In this document: piece after piece, positions 7,611 to 15,917 of the stretch | Position numbering within the stretch: position 1 is the first letter of the stretch | Layout of the letters: the number at the start of each line of letters is the position of its first letter | Notes under the pieces: generated by a model | What the model was told of the DNA's origin: nothing | What the model saw: the letters and a program-made list of their open reading frames with translations, nothing else | Database searches by the model: none | Program-made: the position numbers and the translations under genes | Origin: Candidatus Arthromitus sp. SFB-mouse-Japan | Lineage (GTDB): Bacteria > Bacillota > Clostridia > Clostridiales > Clostridiaceae | Direction: 5' to 3' | Assembly (NCBI RefSeq): GCF_000270205.1 | Contig: NC_015913.1 | Location: 1,050,001 to 1,082,000 of the forward strand | DNA: 32,000 nucleotides

Positions 7611-9005
7611 TTATTTATCTTTAACTCTGTTTGCCAACAGAATAAAAGGAGTCCATATACAAGTAGATATGACAACGTTCAGTAATGCGACTCCTGCCGC
7701 TAAAATGCTACCACCTGTAGAGAAAAATGCGTAAAGCCCAACAGGCATTACCCAAGGTACTTGAATATATACAGGCGGAATGACTCCAATAGCTGTAAAG
7801 AAATATGCAACCATTCCACAAATCGGAGGAACAATTAACCAAGGTATCAAGTAAACTGGGTTTAAAACTATCGGCATACCAAATATTACAGGTTCATTTA
7901 TATTAAATACTCCCATCGGCGCTGAAAGTTTCGCAACCGCCTTAGCATCATCACGTTTTGAGAAAATAAAGATGGCAATTATTAATCCTAGTGTTATACC
8001 TGATCCACCCATCTGCGCAAAAGCATCGATTGATCCTCTAGTCCACAAATAAGGCATTCCTTGTGTTGTTCCATTCTGTGTGAAATACTCCAAGTTTTTA
8101 AGAAGTGCTGGTGTATAAACTCCTTCAATTATTGGAGCCATAACATTTGATCCGTGCAATCCGAAGAACCACAATAGTTGCACTAGGAACAATACTATTA
8201 TAACACTAAAGAAACCTTGTGACAAAGATAAAAGTGGCTCTTGTACCCATTTTATTATTAAATCATTTGGATATAGTCCTGTTAATGAGATACAGATCTG
8301 TGTTACTATTCCAAACGTATATATCGCAATAACTCCCGGTATAATAGCAGCAAATGCATTACTTACCGCTGGTGGCACTGATTCTGGAAGCTTAATTGTA
8401 ACTTTTTTTACCATCAATTTTATATAAATCATTGATGATAAGAATCCTACAATTAGACAAGTAAAAAGTCCAGAGGCACTAGTATACCCCTGACTCATAT
8501 ACCCCCAAGAACTAACGCCTTGAAGTACAACATTATTATCATTATTTAGAGCCACATTGAGTCCCAAGTTTTTAAGGGTCTCAAATGCAGACGAATCTAC
8601 ATTTGGTAATATAAAATCAAAAATAGCACTTTGATTCATACAAGTAACAACTGCAGCAAAAGATACAATACCTCCTGCAATTGGGTTTACGTTATAAGCT
8701 CTAGCTAGATTATAACCAAACGCAAATGTAAACACAATTCCCAAAATTACAATTGAACCAAAATAAACATTACCATTAATATTAATAATTTGAGTCATTG
8801 ACTCTACAAATTTATTTCCAACACCAAACCAAGTATTTGGAAGATCTCTTAAGAAAACATTAAGAAGTACAGCAATACTTCCAACCATTGTAATTGGCAT
8901 TATTGCAACAAATCCATCACGAATAGCAACTAAATGCTTCTGACTTCCGATTTTAGAAGCAACAGGCATGAAGTACTTTTCCATCCATTTTAAAAATGCG
9001 TTCAT
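7611..9005 (-). CDS. PTS lactose/cellobiose-family EIIC permease
   Basis: 464 aa and polytopic. The N-terminus (FMPVASKIGSQKHLVAIRDGFVAIMPITMVGS) is the canonical start of cellobiose/chitobiose EIIC proteins. Confidence 0.9.
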   Translation of the reverse strand: MNAFLKWMEKYFMPVASKIGSQKHLVAIRDGFVAIMPITMVGSIAVLLNVFLRDLPNTWFGVGNKFVESMTQIININGNVYFGSIVILGIVFTFAFGYNLARAYNVNPIAGGIVSFAAVVTCMNQSAIFDFILPNVDSSAFETLKNLGLNVALNNDNNVVLQGVSSWGYMSQGYTSASGLFTCLIVGFLSSMIYIKLMVKKVTIKLPESVPPAVSNAFAAIIPGVIAIYTFGIVTQICISLTGLYPNDLIIKWVQEPLLSLSQGFFSVIIVLFLVQLLWFFGLHGSNVMAPIIEGVYTPALLKNLEYFTQNGTTQGMPYLWTRGSIDAFAQMGGSGITLGLIIAIFIFSKRDDAKAVAKLSAPMGVFNINEPVIFGMPIVLNPVYLIPWLIVPPICGMVAYFFTAIGVIPPVYIQVPWVMPVGLYAFFSTGGSILAAGVALLNVVISTCIWTPFILLANRVKDK

Positions 9006-9051
9006 TTATATCTCTCCCTAGATAATGATATAATCAAATACTCCTATGCCC

Positions 9052-9354
9052 TTAGTTACCAAGTAAATTTAAAGCTTGTTCTAAGACCTTTTCTCCATTC
9101 ATAGTACCATAAGCTTGCATATCTATAACAGCAACAGGTTTATCTCCTGCAAGACCTTTCATTTTGGACTCTAAAAATCTAACTTGTGGTCCAAGAAGTA
9201 AAACATCAGCATTTGGCAAATTATCTATTGCCTCAGACTCAGAAACAGCCCAAATTTCAGCTTCTATTCCTTTTGCTTTTGCTGAATCCTTCATTTTTGT
9301 AACCATCAAGCTTGTTGACATACCTGCAGAACATACAAGTAGAACTTTAACCAT
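9052..9354 (-). CDS. PTS lactose/cellobiose-family EIIB
   Basis: MVKVLLVCSAGMSTSLMV contains the phospho-Cys motif. The ATG at 9354 lies 7 nt after GGAGG. The track's TTG-started 25-codon extension has no RBS. Confidence 0.9.
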   Translation of the reverse strand: MVKVLLVCSAGMSTSLMVTKMKDSAKAKGIEAEIWAVSESEAIDNLPNADVLLLGPQVRFLESKMKGLAGDKPVAVIDMQAYGTMNGEKVLEQALNLLGN

Positions 9355-9457
9355 AATAAAACCTCCTAATGATTTTGAAAAAAATAAATAATATATCAAA
9401 ACGATATCACGTTTAAAATATTTAAGCAATCGTTTAGTTGAATTTTATCTTAAATTT

Positions 9458-9472
9458 TGGAAACGTTTAACA
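9458..9472. promoter_or_regulatory. cre-like / LacI-family-type operator just downstream of the cel promoter -10
   Basis: TGGAAACGTTTAACA has a palindromic core AAACGTTT and only partly matches the cre consensus TGWAANCGNTNWCA. A second AAACG-n6-CGTTT repeat lies at about 9399-9414. Confidence 0.3.
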
Positions 9473-9475
9473 TTA

Positions 9476-9504
9476 ATTTAATCACATTTATATAGACATG
9501 TCAA
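9476..9504 (-). promoter_or_regulatory. Sigma-A-type promoter of the cellobiose PTS operon
   Basis: Minus strand: -35 TTGACA (9504-9499), 17-nt spacer, extended -10 TGaTTAAAT (-10 hexamer at 9481-9476). Confidence 0.5.
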
Positions 9505-9665
9505 TTTAAACTGTGTTATAAAGTTACTATATTTTATTTGAAAAGTAGGTTAATTCAACATTTTATAAAATTTCAGATTTATGTTTCATTTAACTAGATA
9601 ATTTTTAAGAAGTTAAAAATTAACAATACGAATCCAAAAAATTCTTAAAATAAGGAGGGCGTTTC

Positions 9666-10997
9666 ATGGATATGAAACCAATCAAAATTGTCACAATAGG
9701 TGGTGGTAGTAGTTATACACCAGAATTAGTTGAAGGTTTTATAAAAAGATATAACACTCTACCCGTAAAAGAATTATGGCTAGTTGATATTGAAGAAGGT
9801 AGAGAAAAATTAGAAATCGTTGGCAATCTAGCAAAGCGTATGGTTAAAAAAGCAGGCGTGCCAATGAAAATAATTCTTAGTTTGAATAGACATGAAGCTT
9901 TAAAAGGTGCTGACTTTGTTACAACTCAAATTCGTGTTGGAAGACTACCTGCTCGTATACTGGATGAAAAAATTCCTTTAAGTCACGGAATGATTGGACA
10001 AGAAACAAACGGTGTTGGTGGAATGTTCAAAGCATTCAGGACAATCCCAGTTATACTCGAGATCATTAAGGATATAGAAGAAATTTGTCCTAATGCTTGG
10101 CTTATAAATTTCACAAACCCAACCGGAATAATAACAGAAGCAATTTTAAAATATACAAACTTCAGGAAAGCAATAGGTCTATGCAACGTTCCTGTAAACA
10201 TGATTGACGGTTTTGCAAAAATACTCGAAGTTAATGAAAAAGACGTAACTATGGAAATACAAGGTACAAATCATTTCATATTTGCAACAGACATATTTGT
10301 AAATGGTAAATCAAGATTTGAGGAAGTTCTAGAGAAATACGCATACTTATCAAAGGAAGATTCAATACAAATGAAAAACTTTATTTCTCTTCCTTACTCT
10401 CCATCATTTATAAAAGGTCTAAATGCAATACCTTGTCCATATCACAACTATTACTTCTTCACAAAAGAACAACTTGAAGAGGAACTCGAACAATTTAAAA
10501 AAGGAGAAGTTCGTGGTGAAGTTGTATATAAAACTGAAGAAGAATTATTCGCACTATATAATAAGGAAAATTTGCAAGAAAAACCTGAACAACTATCTAT
10601 GCGTGGTGGTGCTAAATATTCTGATGCTGCCTGTAATTTGATTCAAAGCATTTACAATAACACAGGCGATATACAATATGTAAACGTAAAAAATAACGGT
10701 GCTATATCTGATATGCCAAATGATTGTGCTGTAGAAATCGCTTGTAGAATTACTTCAGATGGTCCAAAACCAATTGCAACTGGTAATCTAAAACTTCAAA
10801 TAAGTGGATATATCCAAATGATAAAAGCATTTGAAAGAATGGTTGCTGATTGTGCTATTAGTGGAAATAGAAATCTTGCTGTAACTGCTCTAAACATGAA
10901 TCCACTTTGTCCTAGTGATGCAATAGCAAATGTCGTTATTGATGAACTTATTGAAGCACACAAAGAATATTTGCCACAATTCAAAAAAAAGATGTAG
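9666..10997 (+). CDS. 6-phospho-beta-glucosidase, glycoside hydrolase family 4 (CelF/LicH/ChbF type, NAD+/Mn2+-dependent)
   Basis: 443 aa with the N-terminal Rossmann motif KIVTIGGGSSYTPELV and a GH4-typical body (GLCNVP, Q.T.G.GG). RBS AAGGAGGG precedes the start. Confidence 0.9.
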   Translation: MDMKPIKIVTIGGGSSYTPELVEGFIKRYNTLPVKELWLVDIEEGREKLEIVGNLAKRMVKKAGVPMKIILSLNRHEALKGADFVTTQIRVGRLPARILDEKIPLSHGMIGQETNGVGGMFKAFRTIPVILEIIKDIEEICPNAWLINFTNPTGIITEAILKYTNFRKAIGLCNVPVNMIDGFAKILEVNEKDVTMEIQGTNHFIFATDIFVNGKSRFEEVLEKYAYLSKEDSIQMKNFISLPYSPSFIKGLNAIPCPYHNYYFFTKEQLEEELEQFKKGEVRGEVVYKTEEELFALYNKENLQEKPEQLSMRGGAKYSDAACNLIQSIYNNTGDIQYVNVKNNGAISDMPNDCAVEIACRITSDGPKPIATGNLKLQISGYIQMIKAFERMVADCAISGNRNLAVTALNMNPLCPSDAIANVVIDELIEAHKEYLPQFKKKM

Positions 10998-11011
10998 CTT
11001 AACACTACATC
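10983..11011 (-). terminator. Hairpin shared by the two convergent genes; terminator for the minus-strand ula-like operon
   Basis: GATGTAG (10991-10997) / CTACATC (11005-11011) with a 7-nt loop. A8 at 10983-10990 gives a U8 tract for the minus-strand transcript. Both stop codons lie in the stem arms. Confidence 0.5.
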
Positions 11012-11853
11012 TTAAACACATCATCCAAAATATTTCTCAGAAATTTTACAGCATCAACACAAACTTCTCTCCAATCATCATTTCCAACATACCAAAACTC
11101 GCCATTAAACATTCTAACTCCCATTTCTTTAAGAAGAGTAACATTTTCTTTAAATTCAGTATGCCCACGCCCAAATTCTATTTCTCTATAATGATTCGGT
11201 ATTGTTTCTTTTAGATGTGCTGCAAATATATGACCTTCTCCACTCTTTATATCATCATTAACACTGTGATTATATATAAGGCTGGCATTCTTAAGATTTC
11301 CGATATCTGGATAAACTCCAAGATATGGACTATTAATTATATTCACATAATGCATTGCCTTCTTAACTGTGTCCATAAAACTCGTTTCCATAGTTTCAAA
11401 CCCAAGCATAACACCCTTAGTTGATGCAAGCTCTACACATTTGTATAAATTCTCTTCAAATATCTTCGCAGTTTCATTTGTTGACTCTTCATAGTAAACA
11501 TCATATCCAGCAAGCTGTATTATTCGGACTCCAAGATCACTTGCAAGATTAATAGCCTTCTCCATTATATCTAGAGATCTATTTTGCATATCCTTATCCA
11601 AATGCCCTAAAGGAAATTTTCTATGTGCACTTAAACATATAGAATTTATTTTCTGCTTGCTCTCAAAAATATCATCTCTAAGAGCCTTAACTTCATGTGA
11701 AGTCCATTCAAGTCTCTTAAGTTTTTCATCAGTTTCATCAATGCTCATCTCTAAATAATCAAATCCAAACTCACGACTCAAAGTAAGTTTATCAATCCAA
11801 CTCAAATTTGATGGCATACTCTTCTCATACTGACCTAGTAAATAGGATTTCAT
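11005..11853 (-). CDS. ulaE: L-ribulose-5-phosphate 3-epimerase (UlaE/SgbU family, xylose-isomerase-like TIM barrel)
   Basis: 282 aa. The N-terminus (LGQYEKSMP..LSW.DKL.L....GFDYLEMSIDETDEKL.RL.W) matches UlaE/SgbU. RBS AGGGGTGA lies 7 nt upstream. Confidence 0.85.
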   Translation of the reverse strand: MKSYLLGQYEKSMPSNLSWIDKLTLSREFGFDYLEMSIDETDEKLKRLEWTSHEVKALRDDIFESKQKINSICLSAHRKFPLGHLDKDMQNRSLDIMEKAINLASDLGVRIIQLAGYDVYYEESTNETAKIFEENLYKCVELASTKGVMLGFETMETSFMDTVKKAMHYVNIINSPYLGVYPDIGNLKNASLIYNHSVNDDIKSGEGHIFAAHLKETIPNHYREIEFGRGHTEFKENVTLLKEMGVRMFNGEFWYVGNDDWREVCVDAVKFLRNILDDVFKM

Positions 11854-11860
11854 TTAAAAA

Positions 11861-12559
11861 TCACCCCTGACCATAATACGAATTTGGACCATGTTTTCTC
11901 TTAAAATGCTTATTCAATAATACAGGATCCATATGTTCTAATTTATTTCCAGTTAATTGATTGCTCAAATATGCCATATTAGCACACTCTTCAAGAACAA
12001 CGGCATTATGCACTGCATCAAAAGCATCTTTACCCCAAGAAAAAGGTCCATGACTTTTAACAAGCACAGAAGGAATATGCTTCGCATCTATATTTCTTGT
12101 ATTAAAAGTTTCAACTATAACTTTTCCAGTTTCAGCTTCATACTCTCCATTTATCTCTTTTTCATTCATATCTCTTGTGCAAGGAATATTTCCATAAAAA
12201 TAATCTGCATGAGTAGTTCCCAAAGCTGTTATATCTCTTCCAGATTGTGCCCAAGCTGTAGCGTATCTTGAATGAGTATGAACAACCCCTCCCACATCTT
12301 TAAAATTCTTATAAATTTCAATATGCGTCATAAGATCAGAACTAGGTTTTAAATTTCCTTCAATAACTTTCCCATCTAAATCACAAACAACTATATCGCT
12401 TTCCTTCATAATTTCATAATCAACACCACTGGGCTTTATCAAAACTAATCCACTTTTCCTATCAATTGCAGAAACATTTCCTCAAGTCATAATTACAAGA
12501 TTATACTTAGGCAATAGTAAATTTGCCTCAAATACATCTTTCTTCAAATTTTCTAACAC
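11861..12559 (-). pseudogene. araD: L-ribulose-5-phosphate 4-epimerase (AraD/UlaF/SgbE family) interrupted by an in-frame TGA at codon 26
   Basis: GTG at 12559 lies 7 nt after AAGGAGGAG. Translation gives [48 protein letters not shown].., colinear with E. coli AraD (..[28 protein letters not shown]..). The TGA at 12482-12484 occupies the conserved Trp codon. The rest ([27 protein letters not shown]) is intact and ends ..YYGQG-TGA. Confidence 0.8.
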
Positions 12560-12571
12560 AATAACTCCTCC

Positions 12572-13606
12572 TTAATCCTCAACAATATAAACAACTGCCT
12601 CATTAGCGGTATGATTTGCACTCAAAATCAAATCTCTATTTCCTTCATTTATCAAATGTAAATTTGCAGGTTCCACACCTTTATCTATAACCTTTGTTAC
12701 AAACTTTCCATCAATATATTGAACATAAAATAACTCAGCATCTAAACGCCTAACTCCAGCAATAAATATCGGAACACCTCTCAAATTTCCAGACACAAGT
12801 GAGTGTGCAAAATCAATTTCATTTTCATAAGTATAAACTTTCCTATACTCTCCATCTATCATCTTATGGATATGAATTTTATTTTCATGAAAAGCCTCTA
12901 TCGTCATAATTTCTTTAATTCCATCATTATCTATGTCAATAAGAGAAACTTCACCGATCATTCCATTCATTACCTTCTCTATACTCCACTCATCTCCTAA
13001 ATCTATAGGTGGTTTAACCTTATAAAGCCCATCATCACAACCAAAATATCCACAAACACTACCATCTTCGTCATAATCTCTTGAATATCCATGATTTCTA
13101 AACATTCCATCTTTCAAAACTTGAACCTTCAATTCTCCTTCAGGAGTTTCTGGAAGTACCCCTACATAAATTTTCCCTGCACGGCTCCAATCTTCTTTAC
13201 TATCTTTTAACTCAGCTATAGTTGCAACTATGAAATAATTAACATTCCCAACTCTATAAATATCAAATCTATGAATATATGGAATCTGTAATATATCTTT
13301 ATACTCCCATTTTCCATTAACGACTTTACCCCAAACAACCTTAGCAAGAGATGGAGAAACCTTCATATAAAATTCTTGAATTGCAAGAAACTCCTTTTCC
13401 TTATTTGGTATAGGAATAAGTGACATACATCCTCCAGCCTTCTTCCAAAGTTCACAATCAAATTCAAAATCTTCTCCCTCAAAGCTCTCACAAATAACAT
13501 CAGGGTCTTCACTCGCAAAAATATAGTGATTAACATCGTCATAATACATGCTACTGACTGCGTAACACCTTTTTATATCATCTAACTTTTTCTTAGTAAT
13601 TTTCAT
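12572..13606 (-). CDS. Hypothetical cytoplasmic protein with FG-GAP/VCBS-like repeats (probable beta-propeller); function unknown
   Basis: 344 aa with RBS AAGGAG 9 nt upstream and no signal peptide. It has two DxDxDG-type loops (DYDEDGS, DIDNDGIKE) and repetitive beta-strand-like segments. It is embedded between the PTS genes and araD. Confidence 0.6.
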   Translation of the reverse strand: MKITKKKLDDIKRCYAVSSMYYDDVNHYIFASEDPDVICESFEGEDFEFDCELWKKAGGCMSLIPIPNKEKEFLAIQEFYMKVSPSLAKVVWGKVVNGKWEYKDILQIPYIHRFDIYRVGNVNYFIVATIAELKDSKEDWSRAGKIYVGVLPETPEGELKVQVLKDGMFRNHGYSRDYDEDGSVCGYFGCDDGLYKVKPPIDLGDEWSIEKVMNGMIGEVSLIDIDNDGIKEIMTIEAFHENKIHIHKMIDGEYRKVYTYENEIDFAHSLVSGNLRGVPIFIAGVRRLDAELFYVQYIDGKFVTKVIDKGVEPANLHLINEGNRDLILSANHTANEAVVYIVED

Positions 13607-13638
13607 CTTTTAATACTCCTTTACAAATTCTAAATATG

Positions 13639-13663
13639 AAAAAAGCTACCTCTTATGGTAGCC
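13639..13663 (-). terminator. Intra-operon rho-independent terminator after the EIIB gene
   Basis: Minus strand: GCTACC-ATAAGA-GGTAGC (13662-13645) followed by TTTTTT (13644-13639). It lies 5 nt after the EIIB stop and 33 nt before the next start codon. Confidence 0.6.
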
Positions 13664-13667
13664 TTAA

Positions 13668-13967
13668 TTACTTTATACCAACACCAAGTAAAGACTCTTC
13701 AATTTCCTTTACTGAAATGACATTCTTTAATCCAATAACTTTTGTTCCTTTTTTCTCAGCTTCTTGAAACATTGGAACAAAATTCTTAGAGCATAATACG
13801 ACCTCATATTGCGATGCTAATGATTTTCCTTCTGATATTGCACAGTGATAAATTGATTGAACATCTAAACCAATTTTTTTAATAACCTTTTCAACATTTA
13901 ACTTTATCATCATGCTAGTTCCTGCACCATTACCACAACAAACTAACAATTTTAATTTTCCTGCCAT
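13668..13967 (-). CDS. ulaB: PTS ascorbate-family EIIB (UlaB/SgaB type)
   Basis: MAGKLKLLVCCGNGAGTSMM contains the phospho-Cys motif. The ATG at 13967 lies 6 nt after GAGGTG. Confidence 0.85.
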   Translation of the reverse strand: MAGKLKLLVCCGNGAGTSMMIKLNVEKVIKKIGLDVQSIYHCAISEGKSLASQYEVVLCSKNFVPMFQEAEKKGTKVIGLKNVISVKEIEESLLGVGIK

Positions 13968-13981
13968 AATATACACCTCAA

Positions 13982-15439
13982 TTATTTATTATTAGTCTTT
14001 TCTTTGTAAGCATCCCAGTCTTCAACGATTAAAAAGTAAGTATCAGGTCTTTTACGATATTGAATCTGTGGAATAGCAATTAAAATTAAAATAACTATGG
14101 CAATTCCTGCATAACCTGTAAACCTCATAATAACTGTAAATATTGGCCATACAGTAGCCCAGTCAAACATTCCTATATATCCTCCAAATCCTGCAAGTTC
14201 TACCCAACCTGCAATAAGAGCTGATCCAAACACTTGTATAAGTCCAGATATAAATGGGAATAACATCGCTGCTCTTATTCCTCCACGATTATCTGCATAA
14301 ACAGCTATTACTGCATTATCAAAGAACAAAGGAACAAATCCTGCAATAATAAGTGTTGGAGATTTAATAATTAAAAGAATTAATATAGCTAAAAATTGTC
14401 CTAATGCTCCCATAATAAATCCAACAGTTACAGCATTAGAAGAACCAAATCCAAATACTGCAGCACAATCTATTCCTGGAACAGATCCTGGTAAGAATGA
14501 ATTTGAAATTCCTTGAAAGGATTGAGTAAGTTCTGTTACAAATGTCCTAACCCCTAACTGTAATATGGATAAATAAACTGCAAAATTTAATGAAGTCGTT
14601 AATATATAAAAGAAAAAGTTATCATTTGCAGTAAGGAATTGTGATTGAATCAAATAATCTTTTCCTAAAACTACAAGTATAATTCCAAAGAATATGAACA
14701 TTAAACATGAAGTCGCAACTATATTTTCATTAAATATTGATAAGAATCCCGGGAATTTTATATCATCCAATTTCTTACCATCAGCTCTCTTAAGTTTTTC
14801 TGCAAATTTTGAGAAAAGAGCTATACCAAACATTTGTTGATGAGCAATACAAAATCCTCCGCCATCAGTTAATTCTTGAGTAATCTCAACCGTTAAATTT
14901 GAACCAACAGCCCAATAAAGTCCCAATATAATTCCCATTATTACAAGTATCGAAACATCATTTAAAAATGGGAAACAGAATAATATAAGCCAAAAAGTAG
15001 TTGATGCCTGTTGTACTTGAACGTGACCAGTTGTAAAAACAGCTCTCATCTTTGTATACTTTTTAAACTTAACTAACAAAAGATTCATTACAAAGGCAAT
15101 AAGTAATAATATCAAAACATTAGAAAAAGTTTTACCAAAAGCCGAAGACAAAGCCTCATTTACAGCATTTTGTCCAAAATAAGGATCAATAACAGCCGCA
15201 CTTAAATTAAACCTCTCTTTAAGTCCAACAAGTATCGGCCCAAAGTTATTTACAAGTCCTGATGATCCAACCGATAAAATCATATATCCAACGGTTGCTT
15301 TTATGAAACCAGAAAATGCATCATATATAGGTTTTTTCAACAACAAATAACCAATTAACACCACAAAACCTATAAGGTAAGCTGGCTTAGTTAAAATATT
15401 GTTTGCAAAAAATTCCCAAATACCAATTAAAAATTCCAT
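13982..15439 (-). CDS. ulaA: PTS ascorbate-family EIIC (UlaA/SgaT type)
   Basis: About 485-aa polytopic permease with UlaA-like sequence throughout. I prefer the ATG at 15439 (7 nt after AGGAG). The track start at 15445 is 1 nt from the RBS. Confidence 0.88.
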   Translation of the reverse strand: MEFLIGIWEFFANNILTKPAYLIGFVVLIGYLLLKKPIYDAFSGFIKATVGYMILSVGSSGLVNNFGPILVGLKERFNLSAAVIDPYFGQNAVNEALSSAFGKTFSNVLILLLIAFVMNLLLVKFKKYTKMRAVFTTGHVQVQQASTTFWLILFCFPFLNDVSILVIMGIILGLYWAVGSNLTVEITQELTDGGGFCIAHQQMFGIALFSKFAEKLKRADGKKLDDIKFPGFLSIFNENIVATSCLMFIFFGIILVVLGKDYLIQSQFLTANDNFFFYILTTSLNFAVYLSILQLGVRTFVTELTQSFQGISNSFLPGSVPGIDCAAVFGFGSSNAVTVGFIMGALGQFLAILILLIIKSPTLIIAGFVPLFFDNAVIAVYADNRGGIRAAMLFPFISGLIQVFGSALIAGWVELAGFGGYIGMFDWATVWPIFTVIMRFTGYAGIAIVILILIAIPQIQYRKRPDTYFLIVEDWDAYKEKTNNK

Positions 15440-15453
15440 AATCATACTCCTAT

Positions 15454-15906
15454 TTATTTGTATTTATCTACAATCTTTCGGAACATATGTTCATTATCAG
15501 CCTCCAAAAGATCAGATATTAATTCCTCATTCTCCAATATCTCCATTAAATCCTGCAAATTCTTGACATGTTCATCATTATCTCGTATGGAGAGTGAAAA
15601 GAATAAACGAGCTTGCTTTTCATTATCATTAGGATCAAACATTACTGGTTTTTTTACTTTCATGAAAGCTATAGTTGTTTCTTTGCACCAATCCTCATTC
15701 ACATTTGAATGTGGCATAGCTATATCCTTCATAAGAACAATATAAGGTTCATATTCCTCTACACTTCTAATCACATCATCTACGTAATAATCGTTTACAA
15801 TCCCATTTTTAAGAAGTGGAACATAGCTACTCTTAATTGCATCTCTCCAATCATCGAAACTTTCATGAAATGAATAATAAGATTTATCTAATATTTTTTT
15901 TAGCAC
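15454..15906 (-). CDS. ulaC: PTS EIIA, mannitol/fructose/ascorbate (UlaC/SgaA) type
   Basis: 150 aa with the active-site region IAMPHS. GTG start at 15906 lies 7 nt after AGGAGA. It sits between ulaG and the EIIC gene. Confidence 0.85.
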   Translation of the reverse strand: MLKKILDKSYYSFHESFDDWRDAIKSSYVPLLKNGIVNDYYVDDVIRSVEEYEPYIVLMKDIAMPHSNVNEDWCKETTIAFMKVKKPVMFDPNDNEKQARLFFSLSIRDNDEHVKNLQDLMEILENEELISDLLEADNEHMFRKIVDKYK

Positions 15907-15917
15907 AAAATCATCTC

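Noticed and set aside
9355-9429. 25-codon N-terminal extension of the cellobiose EIIB in the ORF track (TTG at 9429).
   Set aside because: EIIB proteins start at the MxKxLLxC motif. A GGAGG RBS sits 7 nt before the ATG at 9354, and the extension overlaps the promoter and leader.
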